DNA of 64,000 bases from Macrostomum lignano (Eukaryota): the NCBI GenBank assembly GCA_002269645.1, contig NIVC01000309.1, positions 496,001 through 560,000 of the forward strand, given 5' to 3'. The notes below the pieces were generated by a model. It did no database searches and was not told where the DNA came from. It was given only the letters and a program-made list of their open reading frames with translations. Position 1 is the first letter of the stretch. Each line of letters opens with the position of its first letter. This document shows, one piece after another, positions 46,288 through 60,214 of this stretch. The translations under genes were made by a program, and so were the position numbers.

Positions 46288-48601
46288 TCAGTTGCCCTCG
46301 CTGGCCAGCTGGGCCATGATCTCCCGCTCCAGTTCGTCGTCTTCTTCTCCGCCAGGGCTAGCAGCAGCAGCGGATTTAGTCTGCTCAGAATTGACCAGCT
46401 CAAATTCTTTCAGCTCGCGTTGCAGCTCGCCTTCCCAATCGTCCGCATCCTCGCCACCAGCTGCCGATCCGACAGCAGTGGCGGCGGTGCCGCCGCCGAT
46501 TCGCTGGCGTTCAACTGAGGACAGGGCGGCTGGCTGCTGGTTTGCCAGCTCCGAGCTGGCGAAGTCGCCACAGTCCGCTCCGTCGTTGTCGTCGTCATCC
46601 TCGTCGGCAGCTCCAGGGATGGCTGCTTTTGGAGAGTCTCTCGACGAAGCCGGGGAGGACCGCAACTGCTGCTGGTGCTGCAGATAAGCCGACGAAGACG
46701 AAGGCGGAGGCGAGACTTTCTCGTAGCCGGCGTCGCTCGAAGTCGACGCGGAATCGGCGGCAGCGGCTCCGCCGGCATTCGCAGCCGCGGCGACTGCTGA
46801 GGCTGAACCGCTGAAGGCGGCATTGGATCTGGCCAGGGCCGACAGCTGCGAGGACTGACGGATGAGGCTCACCTGGGCGATGAGGCACCGGGGGAGGGAT
46901 GCTGAGACTGGGCCAGTAAAGGGCAGCAATAAAACAGCATAAACAGCGTCCCAGAGTCGCTTGTGTCGCCCCAGAGTTGTTGCAGGTGGTAAAGGTAAAA
47001 TAAGAAAGACAAAGAAAAGATTTTCAACGACTCTTGAACGTCACTGAGTTGTGTTTGCATTTGCGTTGCTTGATGAGTTATGAGTCAAGTCTTTAGCAAA
47101 AGTTCAGCGCTAACACAATGTCTCTTGGACAACTCACGTTTTTCAAACTCCAACTCAAATCAATTCAAACTCTTACCCTATAGAAATAATTCCGCCAGAA
47201 TTCGGCCTCTTTAACGCGTTTCGGCACCAATTCGAATCGCATCTTGCGCAAATTATCGTCAACTTCTAGCGTTGCCATGGCAACAGGCGAGCAGGACTCC
47301 AAATCGAAGGAGAAACTGGCGCCCTGCGGCGGACTGCGCAGAAAATTCCTAGTATCCTTGCTCAGAGCCAGAATCTGCTCGCGCAGCTGTTCTTCGTTCT
47401 CGTAGCCAACCCAGGGCGGCACGGCGGCCTCGGCCCGGGCCCGGCGCTCCGACTGGCTGCTGGCGAATTCCTTCTGCTGCCGATCGAACTCTTCGACAAT
47501 GTTGGGCGCCGTGGCCAGCTGCTTGGCTTTGCTGGTGACACTGGTTGTGGCTCGCTTGCCGAACGTGTAGATATATGAGCCAATGTCCTTGGCCGCGTGC
47601 AGCAGCTCCTTTGACGGGTCCTTCTGCTGCTGCTGGTGTTCAGTTGGGGAATGAGAATTGAATATCAAGAGATATTCAACGAATTGAACGCGAAGGCTGA
47701 AGGTTCAGAAGCTCCGCCTGGGTGAAGGTCAGTGACTAACGAAGGGATATTTGATGCAGACAAATTTGGTCGACATGCTGATAAAATTTAAAGGCTTGGC
47801 AAGGCAGCACATTTGCGTGTAAGCTACTTTCAGTTCAGTAGTAAGTAACACTAAAAGCATTTTAATGTGTCTTTTTAAGACAAGGCCCATTTGTTGGCTC
47901 TTACCCCCGTCAGGCATAAGACCTTAAACTCCCAATTTTTTATTACGTTCCTCGGTTGTTCCAGCTCTAATCTGCTATGTACATTTCAGACTCAGTGGCC
48001 AATGTACATTATTGCTGAACCAATTAGCAAGCTGTTTACGTCTGCAAGCTTGGCTTCAAAACTTATAAAAGTCATCTCAATTACCTTTATTCTCTTAAAA
48101 TAGCTTATATATTCTTCATTGCTACTGAACTGAAAGTAGAAAGCCGTTTTACTAAGTATATATGCCTGAGTGGCCAATCTAGACACTCTAGTATCTGTCT
48201 GTAGGCTGCACTGAATACACTGGCGCTTATGGGAAACATCAAACCTTCCGACAGAATCGTTGAATATCTCGACCGTCTGGAGGGTTGGCGACTTGATTCT
48301 TGTTTGAGAAAGTGCGAAACAAAAAATTGTCAGGGGAGGGGGATACCCTTTGGTAGTTTTATGTTTTAGTTTGAGCCTATATTGCTCATTGACATAGAAT
48401 TTGGCAAGTAACAAATAAAAGACTCTGTCTTACCCCAGTCTCCTTTCCAGAGATATTGGCATCAACATCCACACCTGGCTCTGTTTCCTGCTCAGACAGA
48501 TTTTTCTTATTAGCCAAATGAGTGGCATCTTCGTCATTGTCTGTTGGTGCAGCTGCTGGAGTGGCACCGGCACCCCACCAGTTTTTTACACTGGATAGCA
48601 T
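46288..48601 (-). CDS. SYAP1: Synapse-associated protein 1 / SAP47-like BSD-domain protein, about 402 aa
   Basis: Exons 48601-48434, about 47632-47177 and 46872-46288, all phase 0. Motifs PPWVGYENEEQLREQILALSKDTRNFLRSPP, BSD domain [32 protein letters not shown], and C-terminal DWEGELQRELKEFELV. Confidence 0.92.
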
Positions 48602-50869
48602 GTTCTTTTAGCTTTTTTTGCTGAATTAGACCAGCTTACATTAAGAGTAAAACAATTTATAAATCAATTAAAAAATTTATAATATATATAGAACAAAGCT
48701 GTGTTTAAAAAAGGCCCTCTAGATACAGGTATGTCAATTTAAATATTTAAAATTTTTTGCCTAAAACATTCTTGCTTTATTTTGATAATGTCACAATTAA
48801 AACCGTCCTAAATTTTATACATTAATAGTAATAAGTCAAAAACATTTCAATAGTAGAATTTTTATTTACAAATGAATATTCTAGTAACAAACATAAAATT
48901 TATTATATTTATTTTCTATTTGTATATTTATTTTTTTATGAAAAACTATTATAGAAAAATAGCTTCATGAAGTAGGTTGCAAGGGTTGCAATAAATTTAA
49001 AGAAACTAGTGCAAAGATAACAAAGGAAAAGATAGTTTTTTCTTCTTTATCAAAGTCAAAGAAAACCCTAACTCTTGACTTAATCCTGCCTTAGAAAGCT
49101 TAGTCCATATAGCCATATATTGAGAAGTCTTCTCTCACAATATTTAAAGAAATTAAATTATAATTAACTGATTAGCTATGCTAAAAAAGGCAAAAAATGA
49201 ATTGCATTTTTGGCAATCTCTTACTTTACTACATTAAATTGTGATTTTTTTTCATTAGGTCATTATAAGATTGTTATAAGTATTAAGCAAGCAAGTCAAT
49301 AATAGTTTGCCACCTAGTAGAGAAAGTTGCCAAACTCTTTCCCTAGAAAAGGCAGCACAATAGATACTCATTCAATTGGCTCTCAAATAGCCATATAGTT
49401 ATTTTGCAAGCTATTGTAGGTCCACAATATGTCAATTATTATGTAAATGCTAAACCTAAACAACAAGAAAACTAAATAATTTAACCACAATGAGACTGAT
49501 AGCACAATTTTGTGCCAAGCCAGCAAAACTGCTCTCAACTAATGCCTGGCCCAGACTAGTGGATTAGAGCAGTCAAACTCTTTTCATGACTGCTCTTCTA
49601 TAACACCACACCCATTCCCAACAGCTTATTTTAATATAGTGCCATATAATTTTTTAGCTCAAGGTTTTAAGCTTGTGTACAAACTTCTTCTAGACTGAAG
49701 CAACTTTTCAAGTAGTCTTTGCCAAGTAGATTTTGACACACAAGCCTAGTGTTTCTACTAGTGCAGTCAAACTTGTCTTAAGCCTTATAGCATTGTATTA
49801 CTAGCAGCATTGTACTTGGACGAGCATAGTATAAATTAAATCATGAGCTCTGAGTCTGATTCGGAGACCAACAATGTGACAGAGTCCCCAATAGTTACCA
49901 ATGACAAGTCTCTGAGTGATTATGAAGAGCTGTATCTAGACATACAGAACAGAACCTTGTGGCTCCATCTGGCTATTGGGTGCTTGTACTCTGTTTCACA
50001 CCCTTTATTACATTTTTTCAAACTCTTGAACTGTTGCAACACTAATATAATAGGTCCATCAACACACGTTTTCTGGATTTCTTGGTTTTCACATTATTTT
50101 ATATTTTTATCTACATAATTCCCCATTATTCATTACTTTTTTCCAAGTAATTTTTATTACATTACTTGTTCCTTATATAATAATAATTAACGTAGGCTTC
50201 ACTAAAACTAAACAAACTCTTACCAAGAATTTTTGCTATAAGAGCATACTCTATTTATAGTAGTATCTATCTTAGCAATATAATGTATAGAAGTACATTT
50301 GCTTATATACTAAAACTATATCCTAGCCTATGAGTCTATGACTAAGGCTATGAAAAATGCTGAAAAAGTAAGTCACTTTAACAACAAGACATATTGGCAA
50401 TAGTTACTTTGGCAACAATTTTAGGCCATTTTGGTGAATGTTAGGCCTATTATATAGGGATTGGGCTCTGTATTATTTGTGATATGCATGTGCTCCTTAT
50501 CTATGGCTCACACTCTTTGCATATATCTGCTTTTTTGACTTTAATATGCACTGTTATTATGAGTTTTTAGCTCTTGAGTTAGGGTGGCTACTATTAAATC
50601 TTACTTATAATCAATTGTACTATTGTTTTGTCAGTGCACTTGGCTCTTTTGTCTTGCCTTGCATACTTTGCTTTCAACTTGCTCTATTTAATAGTGATTC
50701 TCAAAATACATGGTCATAGACAAAAATATACCTAATGGAAAAAGGGCAGCCTCTATTTTTTATTCCTTTTTAATGCTAGTCTTAAAAATAATCTTTAGCA
50801 TTGAAAGAGATTGTATTTGATGCTAGATTAAAAGCTAGAGTAAAGGCCCAAATTAGACTCTAAAGTAGA

Positions 50870-51330
50870 GGCTAGATTTGAGACTAGATTAGAGGCTTTA
50901 TTTGAGCCTAGATTTGATGTTTAAATTAGAAGCTTAATTTGAGGTTGGATTCAATGTTGGATTCAATGTTCAAGTTAGAGGCTAGATTTGAGATTAGATT
51001 TGATGTTCAAGTTAAAGGCTAGATTAGAGGTTGGATTCAATGTTCAAGTTAGAGGCTGGATTGGAGGCTAGATTAGAGGCTAGAGACTGGATTAAAGGCT
51101 AGATTAGAGGTTGGATACAATGTTCAAGTTAGAGGCTGGATTGGAGGCTAGATTAGAGGCTAGATTAGAGACTGGATTAAAGGCTAGATTAGAGGTTAGA
51201 TTCAATGTTCAAGTTAGAGGCAAGATTCAAGGCTAGATTAGAGGTTGGATTTGATGTTCAAGTTAGAGGCTGGATTATAAGCTAGATTTGAGGCTGGAGT
51301 AGAGACTAGAAGAGAGGCTTAAGTTGGAGG
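50870..51330. repeat. Degenerate tandem repeat (TAGAGGCTAGAT / GATTCAATGTTCAAGT units)
   Basis: Imperfect repeated units are visible upstream of SYAP1. Confidence 0.7.
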
Positions 51331-51892
51331 CTTAATGGTGTGTGCTTGCAGCTCTTTTGCAAATAAAGGAATAACTATCCCTTCTACAAAAACGTAAACT
51401 CTGAATATATACTCGCCTGTATCCTGAAAGATATCCTATCTTTGAATAAGGGAATACATTGTACAGAAGACAAAGAGAAGCTTCAGAACACATTGAGCAA
51501 GTGCAATAGCAAGCTATCATAGCTGTCACATGACAATGAAATGAAGGCACATACTGTGGATAGAAAAATAGCTAGCTTGAAGGCTAATTTTCTCCAACTT
51601 GCCTTGAAGTATAGAGGGGGGGACATGCAATACCTTCTATAACTTGGTAAGGATCATGTCCTCTGTGGACAAAATATTTGCAGACCCAAATATCATCCAC
51701 ATGCATGCTTGCAACAAGATTGCCAAGATGGCCAAGTTATGCTGACTTGCCACATTTTCTAGCCATTGAAGCTACCAAGGTAAATCATATTGACAATCAA
51801 TAGCCCATACATAGCCTATATAACATACATAGGTAGTATATTGAGGCAAAAGAGGTGAGATAATGTAAAGTAGGAGACTTAGTAGGCCTAAT

Positions 51893-52058
51893 CAGGGTTT
51901 TCTTTTTTGCCAGAGACAAAGTGCAAAATCGTATTCTATGCTCATTTTCATGGTGGAATTTTAAGGCTCAAAGTGCAATTTCTCTTTTTTTCTTATTTTA
52001 AGGCAGTGCGAATGAGGCTTTAATAGAAAAATAGGTTATGAGACTGCACCTAAACTGC
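51893..52058 (-). mobile_element. Truncated, internally deleted inverted copy of the hAT-like MITE
   Basis: Reverse complements of MITE segments: CCAGAGACAAAGTGCAAAA, TAAGGCTCAAAGTGCAATTTCTC, TTTTAAGGCAGT, GGTTATGAGACTGCACCTAAAC. Terminus CAGGGTTTT. Confidence 0.7.
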
Positions 52059-52887
52059 AGTGACAAAACTGTGAACTATGAAATAAACTGTGACAAACAT
52101 CGAAATAAAGTAGGTCTAAGAAACGCCTTTAATACCTCGTGCTCAACAAAATTTTATTCGTAGGGCCTGGGCCTAATTATAGGTCCAATTCACAGCGCAC
52201 CCATGCCATAAAATTTTGAATTAAATAATAAATCGAAAATTTACAACGTAGTTCTCACATGAAACTCGCTAGGACCCAATACTAAGTAGGCGTAGCCTAG
52301 ACTTAAGTCTACCCCTATTACTAGTATCACTAGTATCAGTAGATAGGGACCCCTATCACTATTACTAGGCCTACCTGCCTAGTCTAGCCCTTGGCCTAGA
52401 CTTTAACGTCAGCTGACCAGTAAAAAAATTATTAAATCAAATTTATAAAAAAACTGTTAATTTGAAACAGTCTAGCAGAGATAATGTAGAAAACATTTTG
52501 TTTAAGTTTAATGCCTACTTAATTATTTTTTTACATTTGCGACAGTAAGAAACATAAACACTTTGTTTTACCTAGTTTTTGTTTTTTGTGCTATGCATTC
52601 TATTTTTAAATTTTATTTAATTTAGATTTAGCTGAAATCACATGCACGTTCAGAGGACTTAGCTGTCTGCTTACTCTGCTATCTGAAAGAAATAAAAATT
52701 TTCTAGAAGTAAAGTTAGCCTTACAAACGCTAAGCCGGTGACTAATGCTTTTTTGCATATTACTCTTTTTGCCGTGACAATTTGTAGCCTGTGAACTGAT
52801 ATTTGACTGTATAATACCCGAAACCGAAGGCCCAGGCCTTTTTCGCTATATCCTCTATTAAAGTACAGAGTTAACTATAATTTTACA

Positions 52888-55800
52888 ATGCCTTTTAAGT
52901 TTTTGAAGCAGCTTAAGGTGGTTGAACTTAAAGAGCAGTTGTATATACGCAAGCTTGATGTGTCCGGAAACAAGGCAGATCTTGTTGAACGCCTACGAAA
53001 GGTAGGCCTATTAAATCCTTGATTCGTCTAGGCCTATTTCTTTCCTGTTTTCGTAGTTTTATATTTGTACATTAATTGCTCGCTTTATTAGTTCGTTTAG
53101 TCGCTCGTTTAGTACTAAGTAAAGTTACTAAACTTACTACAGTACTACTGTCTGTTAGTGTTAGGGTTAAGTGTAATGGTTACCTTACCTTATCCTTTGG
53201 CTTTTCGCAATATAAGTACAACAAATTACTTTTTTCAATTTGACGAATTTTTAACTAATTTGCACTTTATTTTAGTAAATAAAAAGTAAAAACTTTCTAA
53301 TATTTACACTGCTTAAACTAAACAAAAGAAACAGTAAAAATGAATCTTTTTTATGTCTTAGGGAAATTTTAAATTTTAGCGATTTTCATATTTAGTGGCA
53401 CTGGCACTTAATTTGCTAATTTTGAAACTAAAATAGTGGCCACTACATAGCGGCACTAACTTTTTTTTAAATTTGATAGCAGAAATGCTATATAGCAGCG
53501 CTATAAAAATGTTTAGCGATGCCCAGGGTTTTTTTGTGCGCAGAGTGTACGTATGCACCCTTAATTTTAAAATTGCACCCTAAAACTAAAAAAGTAGGTG
53601 CGGTTTCGGGTGCAGTCTTATAACCATTTTTCTGTAAAGGCTTAACCATGCTTAAGCTATTTTTCATGCACTGCCTTAAAATATGAAACAAAATAACTTT
53701 AAATCCTATTAAGTCATATAGGCAATATAGCCTACAGCCTTATGTAAGATATTAAAATATACATTCCCAGTTGTCTGAAACAAGACTCAAGAGAAATTTC
53801 ACTCTGAGCCTTAAAATCGCACCTTGAAATTTGGCACAAGGTGCAATTTCGCACCTTGTTTCTGGTGAAAAAAAACCTAGGCAGTGCCCATCACTGATTT
53901 CTACTAATATGCGTTGTCTCTATTTATTTTGAAGGTAACTGCAGCTGCTAATATCAATCAGTTTTGATAGGATTATAATTTTTATCCATGGTTGTGTTTT
54001 TGATAACTCCCCCCCCCCCCGAGACTTGCCACCCCCAACCCCCTCAGTCTCTAAATTTATCTACCTAATCTTCAATAGACCCCTATACCTCTATTAAAGT
54101 ATCAGCACCCCCATAGAAACAAAATTATGATCCTATTAAAACTACAACTATTTTATCTACCTAAAGTTCAAGAAGGCCCAACTCTATAATCAATGTATAA
54201 GGGGTGTCCCCAAAAGTCTATGCAAAGTCTTTTTGTGACTATACTGGCTATTTACCAAAATCATGGATGCCCAACTTTGAAATTTCACCTAGCTTTGCAA
54301 CTTACTTTGTGACCAAATGTGCAACTTACTGATGAAAGAAGCTCTAAAGCAAAAATTAATGTGATTTATGTAACTATGTACCATGACTATGAGTATATTA
54401 TTAAGTAACTATGACTATATTTTTAGGCTAAATTCCTTGTCATCTAATTAGTAGTACAATGTCTACTTTTTTGGGTTAGCATTTTGGTGACTTATATTTG
54501 CTAGACCTTTTGTGCCACCTGGCTAAATTTGCTAGGTCAGCTAGGTGTTAGGCACGTATGACTAAAATGGTCTTTTCTTATTACAAAAATGATTATTATC
54601 AAAAGAAACATCTCAATAGAATCCCAATAATCCTATTGGAAGGGTTAAGTATTTGGCAAGTCAATAGTAGTATGCTATCCAATCACTCTTATTTGGTTAC
54701 TGAACATTATTTGGGAAAAAAGCAGTACCATAAAATTTTTTTATCAAGTAGCTAGCTTTCAAACATGGCATCAGAAATGTTGTGTATCACCCTGCATTTG
54801 GCCTTGGCCCTTGATATGGGCCTAAGACACCTCAATAAAATATTGTGTTGGTACAGACCATATAGTTGTTGGGGTCCTCAAAATAGAGTCAATAATTTAG
54901 AGTGACAATATATTAGCCAAACATTTAACATTCATATATAAAATTTGTTTTGGTTTGCTGAATTATAAAAATGTTGCTTAGAATCATTAAGTCATTTTAA
55001 GCTACTCTATTGCAACCCATAGATTGATTTAACAATTTTATTATAAGATGTGTTATTGATACTTGGTTAAAAGTGTCCCCTTAATTTAATGCCTTCAATT
55101 TGTTATTAACCTGCAAAATTTTAGAACATGGATGAAAATGGAGAAGATGCTAGTGAATACCAGTTCGAAATTGAGACGCGCGGTAAGATTATTGATTAAT
55201 TTTTTTCTCACACTTTACTTGTTATTAATTAAGGTGTAACTGTGCGAACGTTATGAAAACTTCACCTTTCTATTGTTTTATTTTAGATGGCGATAATGCC
55301 CGGCTAAATGATTCGAAAAAAGAAGATCCACCAACAACTATAGAGTCTGACATCTACTCAACTGACGTTGTAGACTATGTTGATGTGAGTAGTGGGTTAT
55401 ATGATTTTTTATTGCTGTAGCAGCAGTTTACTTTTTTATTGATAAATGAGTTATGGCGAGACTAATATAATATTCTCTTAAACTTTGCAGGACGTTCAGG
55501 AAGAGTCTGGTGGTAAGCAATCATGTTTACATTCTTATTTGCATCGTCAGCTTTCATCTGCACTCCCTTATCCTTCAGTGAAAGCAGAGCTGTCCCTAAT
55601 TCTGAATCCCGCAGTTGAAAATTTGCCAGAAAAAGTTGCAACCGAAGAAGACGGAGACAACGATTCTATGGCCCATGCTCACCTAGCGAGTCAGCAGGAT
55701 GAGGAGCCGCAATTGCAGGAGTCTGGCAACGCGTCTAGCATCGCTAAAGATGAAGACAAACAACTAGAAGATGAATCTGCAAGCGCCGCTGAAGTTCATT

Positions 55801-58800
55801 CAAACGCGATAGTGTCAAAGCCAGTTTCAACTACTGCCGCTGAGGAGGCTTCGCTAGAGGTGCACGTTGAACAAACGGACGATCTCGACGAAGATTTGGC
55901 TAAGCATCAACGCTTGTCGTTGTCTTCTGCGGCAAAAAAGAGTCAGCAAGCTCATAAGTGGGCTTCTAAATCTAATGGGTTTGTAGTTTCGTTTTGTCTA
56001 TTTTTATTGATGATTTTGCTGCATCTTAATTATTGTTTTGAATAATTTATTAAAAATTCCACTTTTGCCAGCTCCGCTTCCGGACAGTCTTCTGCCGCTT
56101 CTAAGTCTAATGCTGTACCCGCGTCTAAAGGTAAGTCGGCAAACTATTGTTTAATTGTGAAACGGCTTCCCTTACTATACGAGTTACTGATGACTGCAAA
56201 TTTCAATTTGTGGCAAGTTTGTTTAAATGTTGAAAAATGGCGGGACGAGGGGTCTGCTGTTGCAATATGCAGCCTACTACTGATTCGACTGCAGTATGAA
56301 TTGTCAAACCAAGACCAAGTCGACTGCAAGCCAGGATCTACTACAGAGATTCAATCTGTTCAACTGCTGTCAGAGCCTACTAACTCCGTGGACATCTAAA
56401 TTGATCTTGGGTTTCATTTCTTTTGTTGCATAAAGATTTCAGTCGACAGAATCATGGATTAAACAACAATAAAGATCATTGGTCTTGCACTCCAGTTATT
56501 TTGGTATATGTCTGTGCTTCAAGTCAAGAATCCGCAGTTCGAAGCAACAGCATAAAAGAGGATTAGAAAGCAAAAAAAACAACTGATCCTTGGGCACCAT
56601 AATTATTGTGGTAAAAATGTTTTAGGCCCAAGTTTCCACAGCTCAAATCGATAATATTCAAGAGGAACAAAGAACTTTAAGCGTTGATCGTGGGCTCCAA
56701 TTCTTGTGGCAATAATTTTTATTCAAGTTTCCACAGCTCGAATTGACATGATAACAACAAGGACAATCTGCAACTATTAAATCAACGCTTTGTTGCGCAT
56801 GTCAAGTCGTCAAAAGTAAATAAATTGACGAAACTTATTGCTCTGTCTTGTCTTTAAGTTCGAAACGTCGGTAAAAAAAGACAGGAAACACTGGGGAAGA
56901 AAAACTATTCGACCAAAATATTTAAATTTCGTTCTTGCAGACAGCAAAAGCCTGTGGGTAAGCAACATCCACAGCAGTACAAAGGCCGTGGATCTCAAAC
57001 AGCTATTTAGCAAGCACGGCAAAGTTCTCGCTGCTAAAATTGTTGTCAACGCTAAAGGATCCAATCAGAAGCGCTACGGCCTCATACAGATGTCATCGGC
57101 TGACGAGGCTGACAAATGCCAGAAGAGTCTGCACAAGACTAGCTTGCATGGTCGAACAATCTACGTTGACCGGGCCAATTCGGAGCCGTCTACTACTAAA
57201 AAAGCAGAGTCAGCATCATTGACTACTACTAAGGCGTCTTCATCAGGGGAAGCGACTACCGACGCGACTAAGTCTGCAACCACTGGCTCGTCGAAGTTAG
57301 AGACGACATCGACAACAAAGACTGCCGACAATAAGCCAAAGCCCGGCGTTATCAAGTTGCCAATTACGTCGTTCTCTTCTAACCAGGAGTCGGCGCGGAC
57401 AGCGGCGGCTTTGGCTTCAATGTCGCGCGGCGGCAGCGGCGGCCGCTCTCGATCTCCAATTAGCGGACGCGCCGGCAGCGCCAGAAGCCGGTCGAGGCAG
57501 CGTCAGCAGCACGGCCGATCGTCTACTGATCGGCGCCGGAGCGCCGGCAGCGATCGTCGACGCGGTAGCGCCGACGGCGCCGGTAATATTAGTAGAGTCC
57601 CCAGTGCTTTGCAGGGTGATCGGCGACGGTCCAGCGGCGGCAGTCGGGACCGCAATAACCGAGGACGAACTGCCAGCAGTCGGGATCGGGACAGTCGGGC
57701 GCGGACAGGAACAAGTCGGGACAGACTTGCCGAGGCGCATCATCAGCATCGACCTGGTGCTCACACGTCTGCCCGGTCTAATCCTCCGCGAGAGCGGCGC
57801 ACCTCGATGGAGAATAGCGGAATCCGGCGCCAAGCTGGCGCTCCTAGTTCCGGCGCTAGAAATGCACTGCTTGGCAGCGAACATTCGGCCAGCGCTAAAC
57901 GCGTCCGAGAAGACGATTTGCGTCACCTTTTGGCTGCCAGGGACGCCAAGAAGGCCGCAGAAGACGAGAAAGGGCGCCTAGAACGCGAACGCCGCCAACT
58001 AGAAAAATGGAAGAGGCGCGAAGAGGCGCGCACCCGCGAAAAGTTCGAACAGATGCAATACCTATTGCAAAAAGAGAAGGCCAATCTGGAGCGCGAGAAG
58101 CAAGAAATGAAACGTGAACAGGAGCGAGTTCTGATTGAAGAGAAACGCCGACTGGAACGGGAGAAAGAAGAGTACAGACGAATGAAGGAGCACCTGGAGG
58201 CTGAGCGACGCCAGCGCGAGGAGCGCGAGCGACGTGAACGGGCCGAACGCGAGGCGCGCGAACGCTGGGAGCGCGAGCGGAAAGCGCGCGAAGAGCGAGA
58301 TCGACGCGAACGCGCCGAACGCGAGGCGGCAGTCGTGGCCGCTGCTAGAGAGCGCGAACGCGTCGAACGAGAGCGCGCCGAACGCGAGCGACAAGAGCGC
58401 GCTGAACGGGAGGCGCGCGAACGCCACGATCGAGAGGCGCGCGATCGAATGTCTAGGAAGCGCAACTCTAGCCGCGAGCGGGACGATCGTAAGCGATCAG
58501 CCTACGATTCGAGAGGAGGAGGCGGCGGCGGCTCCCGTCGGGATGGCGAGCGCGACAGAAGTCGGGATTATCACGGTGGCCAGGAGCAGCGCCAGCATAG
58601 GTAATGCAAAGTAATTTCGATCGCAAAAGTCAAAGGCACAGTGTGTTGCGGTCAGCACGGTCCACAGACCCGCGCGGCTTTGGGAATTTTGCCAGTGGTT
58701 TCTTAAAGCATTTTTAAACTTGCTTTTAACTAGACTCTTCAGAACAGGTGTTCAGCATCGGAGTCCGTCGGCCTCTTCGACTATATCAAGCCTGATGCAT

Positions 58801-59640
58801 GCATGCTGTTATGTTGGGTGAAACTGAAATTATTATTGTCAGTGTTTGAGTTATATACTGAGTATTATTGCTTCCTTCATGAGGGTTTTTTTCACAGCTA
58901 CTCAGCTAATTTTCTTGTAGTGTAAAGTACTATGATAAGTTAATTAATAAATATTTATCGTTAGGCATGCACAATTTACTGTAGTTTAGGGACTGGCCCT
59001 CAAGGGTGTTAATTGCACTGGGAATCGAGCCTGGGCCGCTGCGCTGGCACATCAGAGCGCCGCCTCCTTAGCTGATGTACAAAACGGCTACGACTGAATT
59101 TGTTTTCATAACAAAAAAATAGCTTAAACTTTTCCTTCTTGCTACTGGACTGATAGTACTAAGAGTTTATTGCCATTTTATTACTATAGCCGAGGCCGCC
59201 AGCCCGAGCCAGATCAGCAGTCGCAGCGCTACTATCACCGCGGCGAGCCTCAGCGTCAGCATCAGCGAGGCGCTGGCGGTCATCATTTCTCTGCTCAGCA
59301 GCCGCAGCAGCCTAGCGGGCCAACCCTGGCCTGGACTGGCGGCAGCGGAGCAGCTGGTAGCTTAATTGGCGCCCACCTGCCTACAGCTCCAACTTTGCCC
59401 ACTGGCATTGTCGGCGTCAGCTCCGCCCGGCCGCCACAGCCGCCCCAGCTGCCGTCGCATCATCTGGCGCATCATCATCATCAGCCTCCACCGTCTGCAG
59501 CGGCGGCCTACATGTCTGGCCGGGTTGCTATGCCTGGTGCTGGCGGTTCAACCGGCTCTGGATCGGGCAGCGGTGCGCCAATGTTCCTTGGCGGATCGGC
59601 TAGTCACGGCTACGACGTGTCCTCTTCGAGGCGATTTTGA
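52888..59640 (+). CDS. SAFB: SAFB/SLTM-like scaffold attachment factor (SAP domain, RRM, Arg/Glu-rich coil, Gly-rich tail), about 953 aa
   Basis: Exons 52888-53001 (SAP: LKQLKVVELKEQLYIRKLDVSGNKADLVERLRK), 55125-55182, 55287-55384, 55491-55512, 55579-55978, 56072-56130, 56941-58600 (RRM SLWVSNIHSSTKAVDLKQLFSKHGKVLAAKIV...LHKTSLHGRTIYVDRA; ER-rich) and 59190-59640 (ends RRF). Phases are consistent; 2862 nt in total. Confidence 0.88.
53524..53880 (+). mobile_element. hAT-like MITE, copy 2 (SAFB intron 1)
   Basis: Colinear with 463-834. The flanks GCGATGCC / GCAGTGCC are a degenerate 8-bp TSD. Confidence 0.85.
59010..59072 (-). mobile_element. Degenerate tRNA-like SINE head
   Basis: The reverse complement AGCTAAGGAGG...GGCTCGATTCCCAGTGCAAT carries A/B-box-like motifs. 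The stems are not clean, so it is not called a tRNA. Confidence 0.35.
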
Positions 59641-60214
59641 ACTGATCGCTATAATTACTATTTTATTAACTACTAATTCATATTGGTTTCAAATGCGTCA
59701 AAGTTTTTCCTAACATCTGTTTAGTTAGCAGTTACCGGTCTGACATTGAGGCAAACTAAAAATAATATCTCCTACTTATATCCCCTGTTCTAAAGACACA
59801 TGGACTGTCTGCTTGCGTCAACATTAGTATCTTACTATATTTAGTTTTTTATGTTCGTTTTCCAGCATCTATAATGTTGTGTTTGTAATGTTTCCGTTAT
59901 AAACCTATATGCGCTTGTGTGCTGACTAATAATTCAAATATTTCTATGTTGCAAATGCAGTATATCGACCGATTTAAATTAATAGTACAACTTTCTGTAT
60001 CCGAGGCTGTTACGAGTTGTAACCAACTGTGTTTCTTTAAATAATATTTTTATAATTTATATTTAGTATAGTAGCTAGTAGTAAAATATAGTTTTCAGTT
60101 CGGGGTTCGGAGTGTTAACTTAACGCCTATGAAGGCCAATCGCTGTAGCACAGAGTGAGTGCATGTCTGAGAGATGATGCTTTACAACATCGGAGTCTGG
60201 ACACAATAGTAAAC

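Noticed and set aside
49843-50118. 91-aa ORF starting MSSESDSETNN
   Set aside because: No recognisable domain or splice partners, in decayed CpG-poor DNA; possibly a transposon remnant but unsupported.
54145-54400. Tc1/mariner-like terminus (TATAAGGGGTGTCCC)
   Set aside because: No matching opposite TIR was found, so it is too weak to call.
58735-58920. Possible poison or alternative terminal exon in the last SAFB intron
   Set aside because: Acceptor-like CAGs exist, but there is no convincing donor or conservation evidence from sequence alone.
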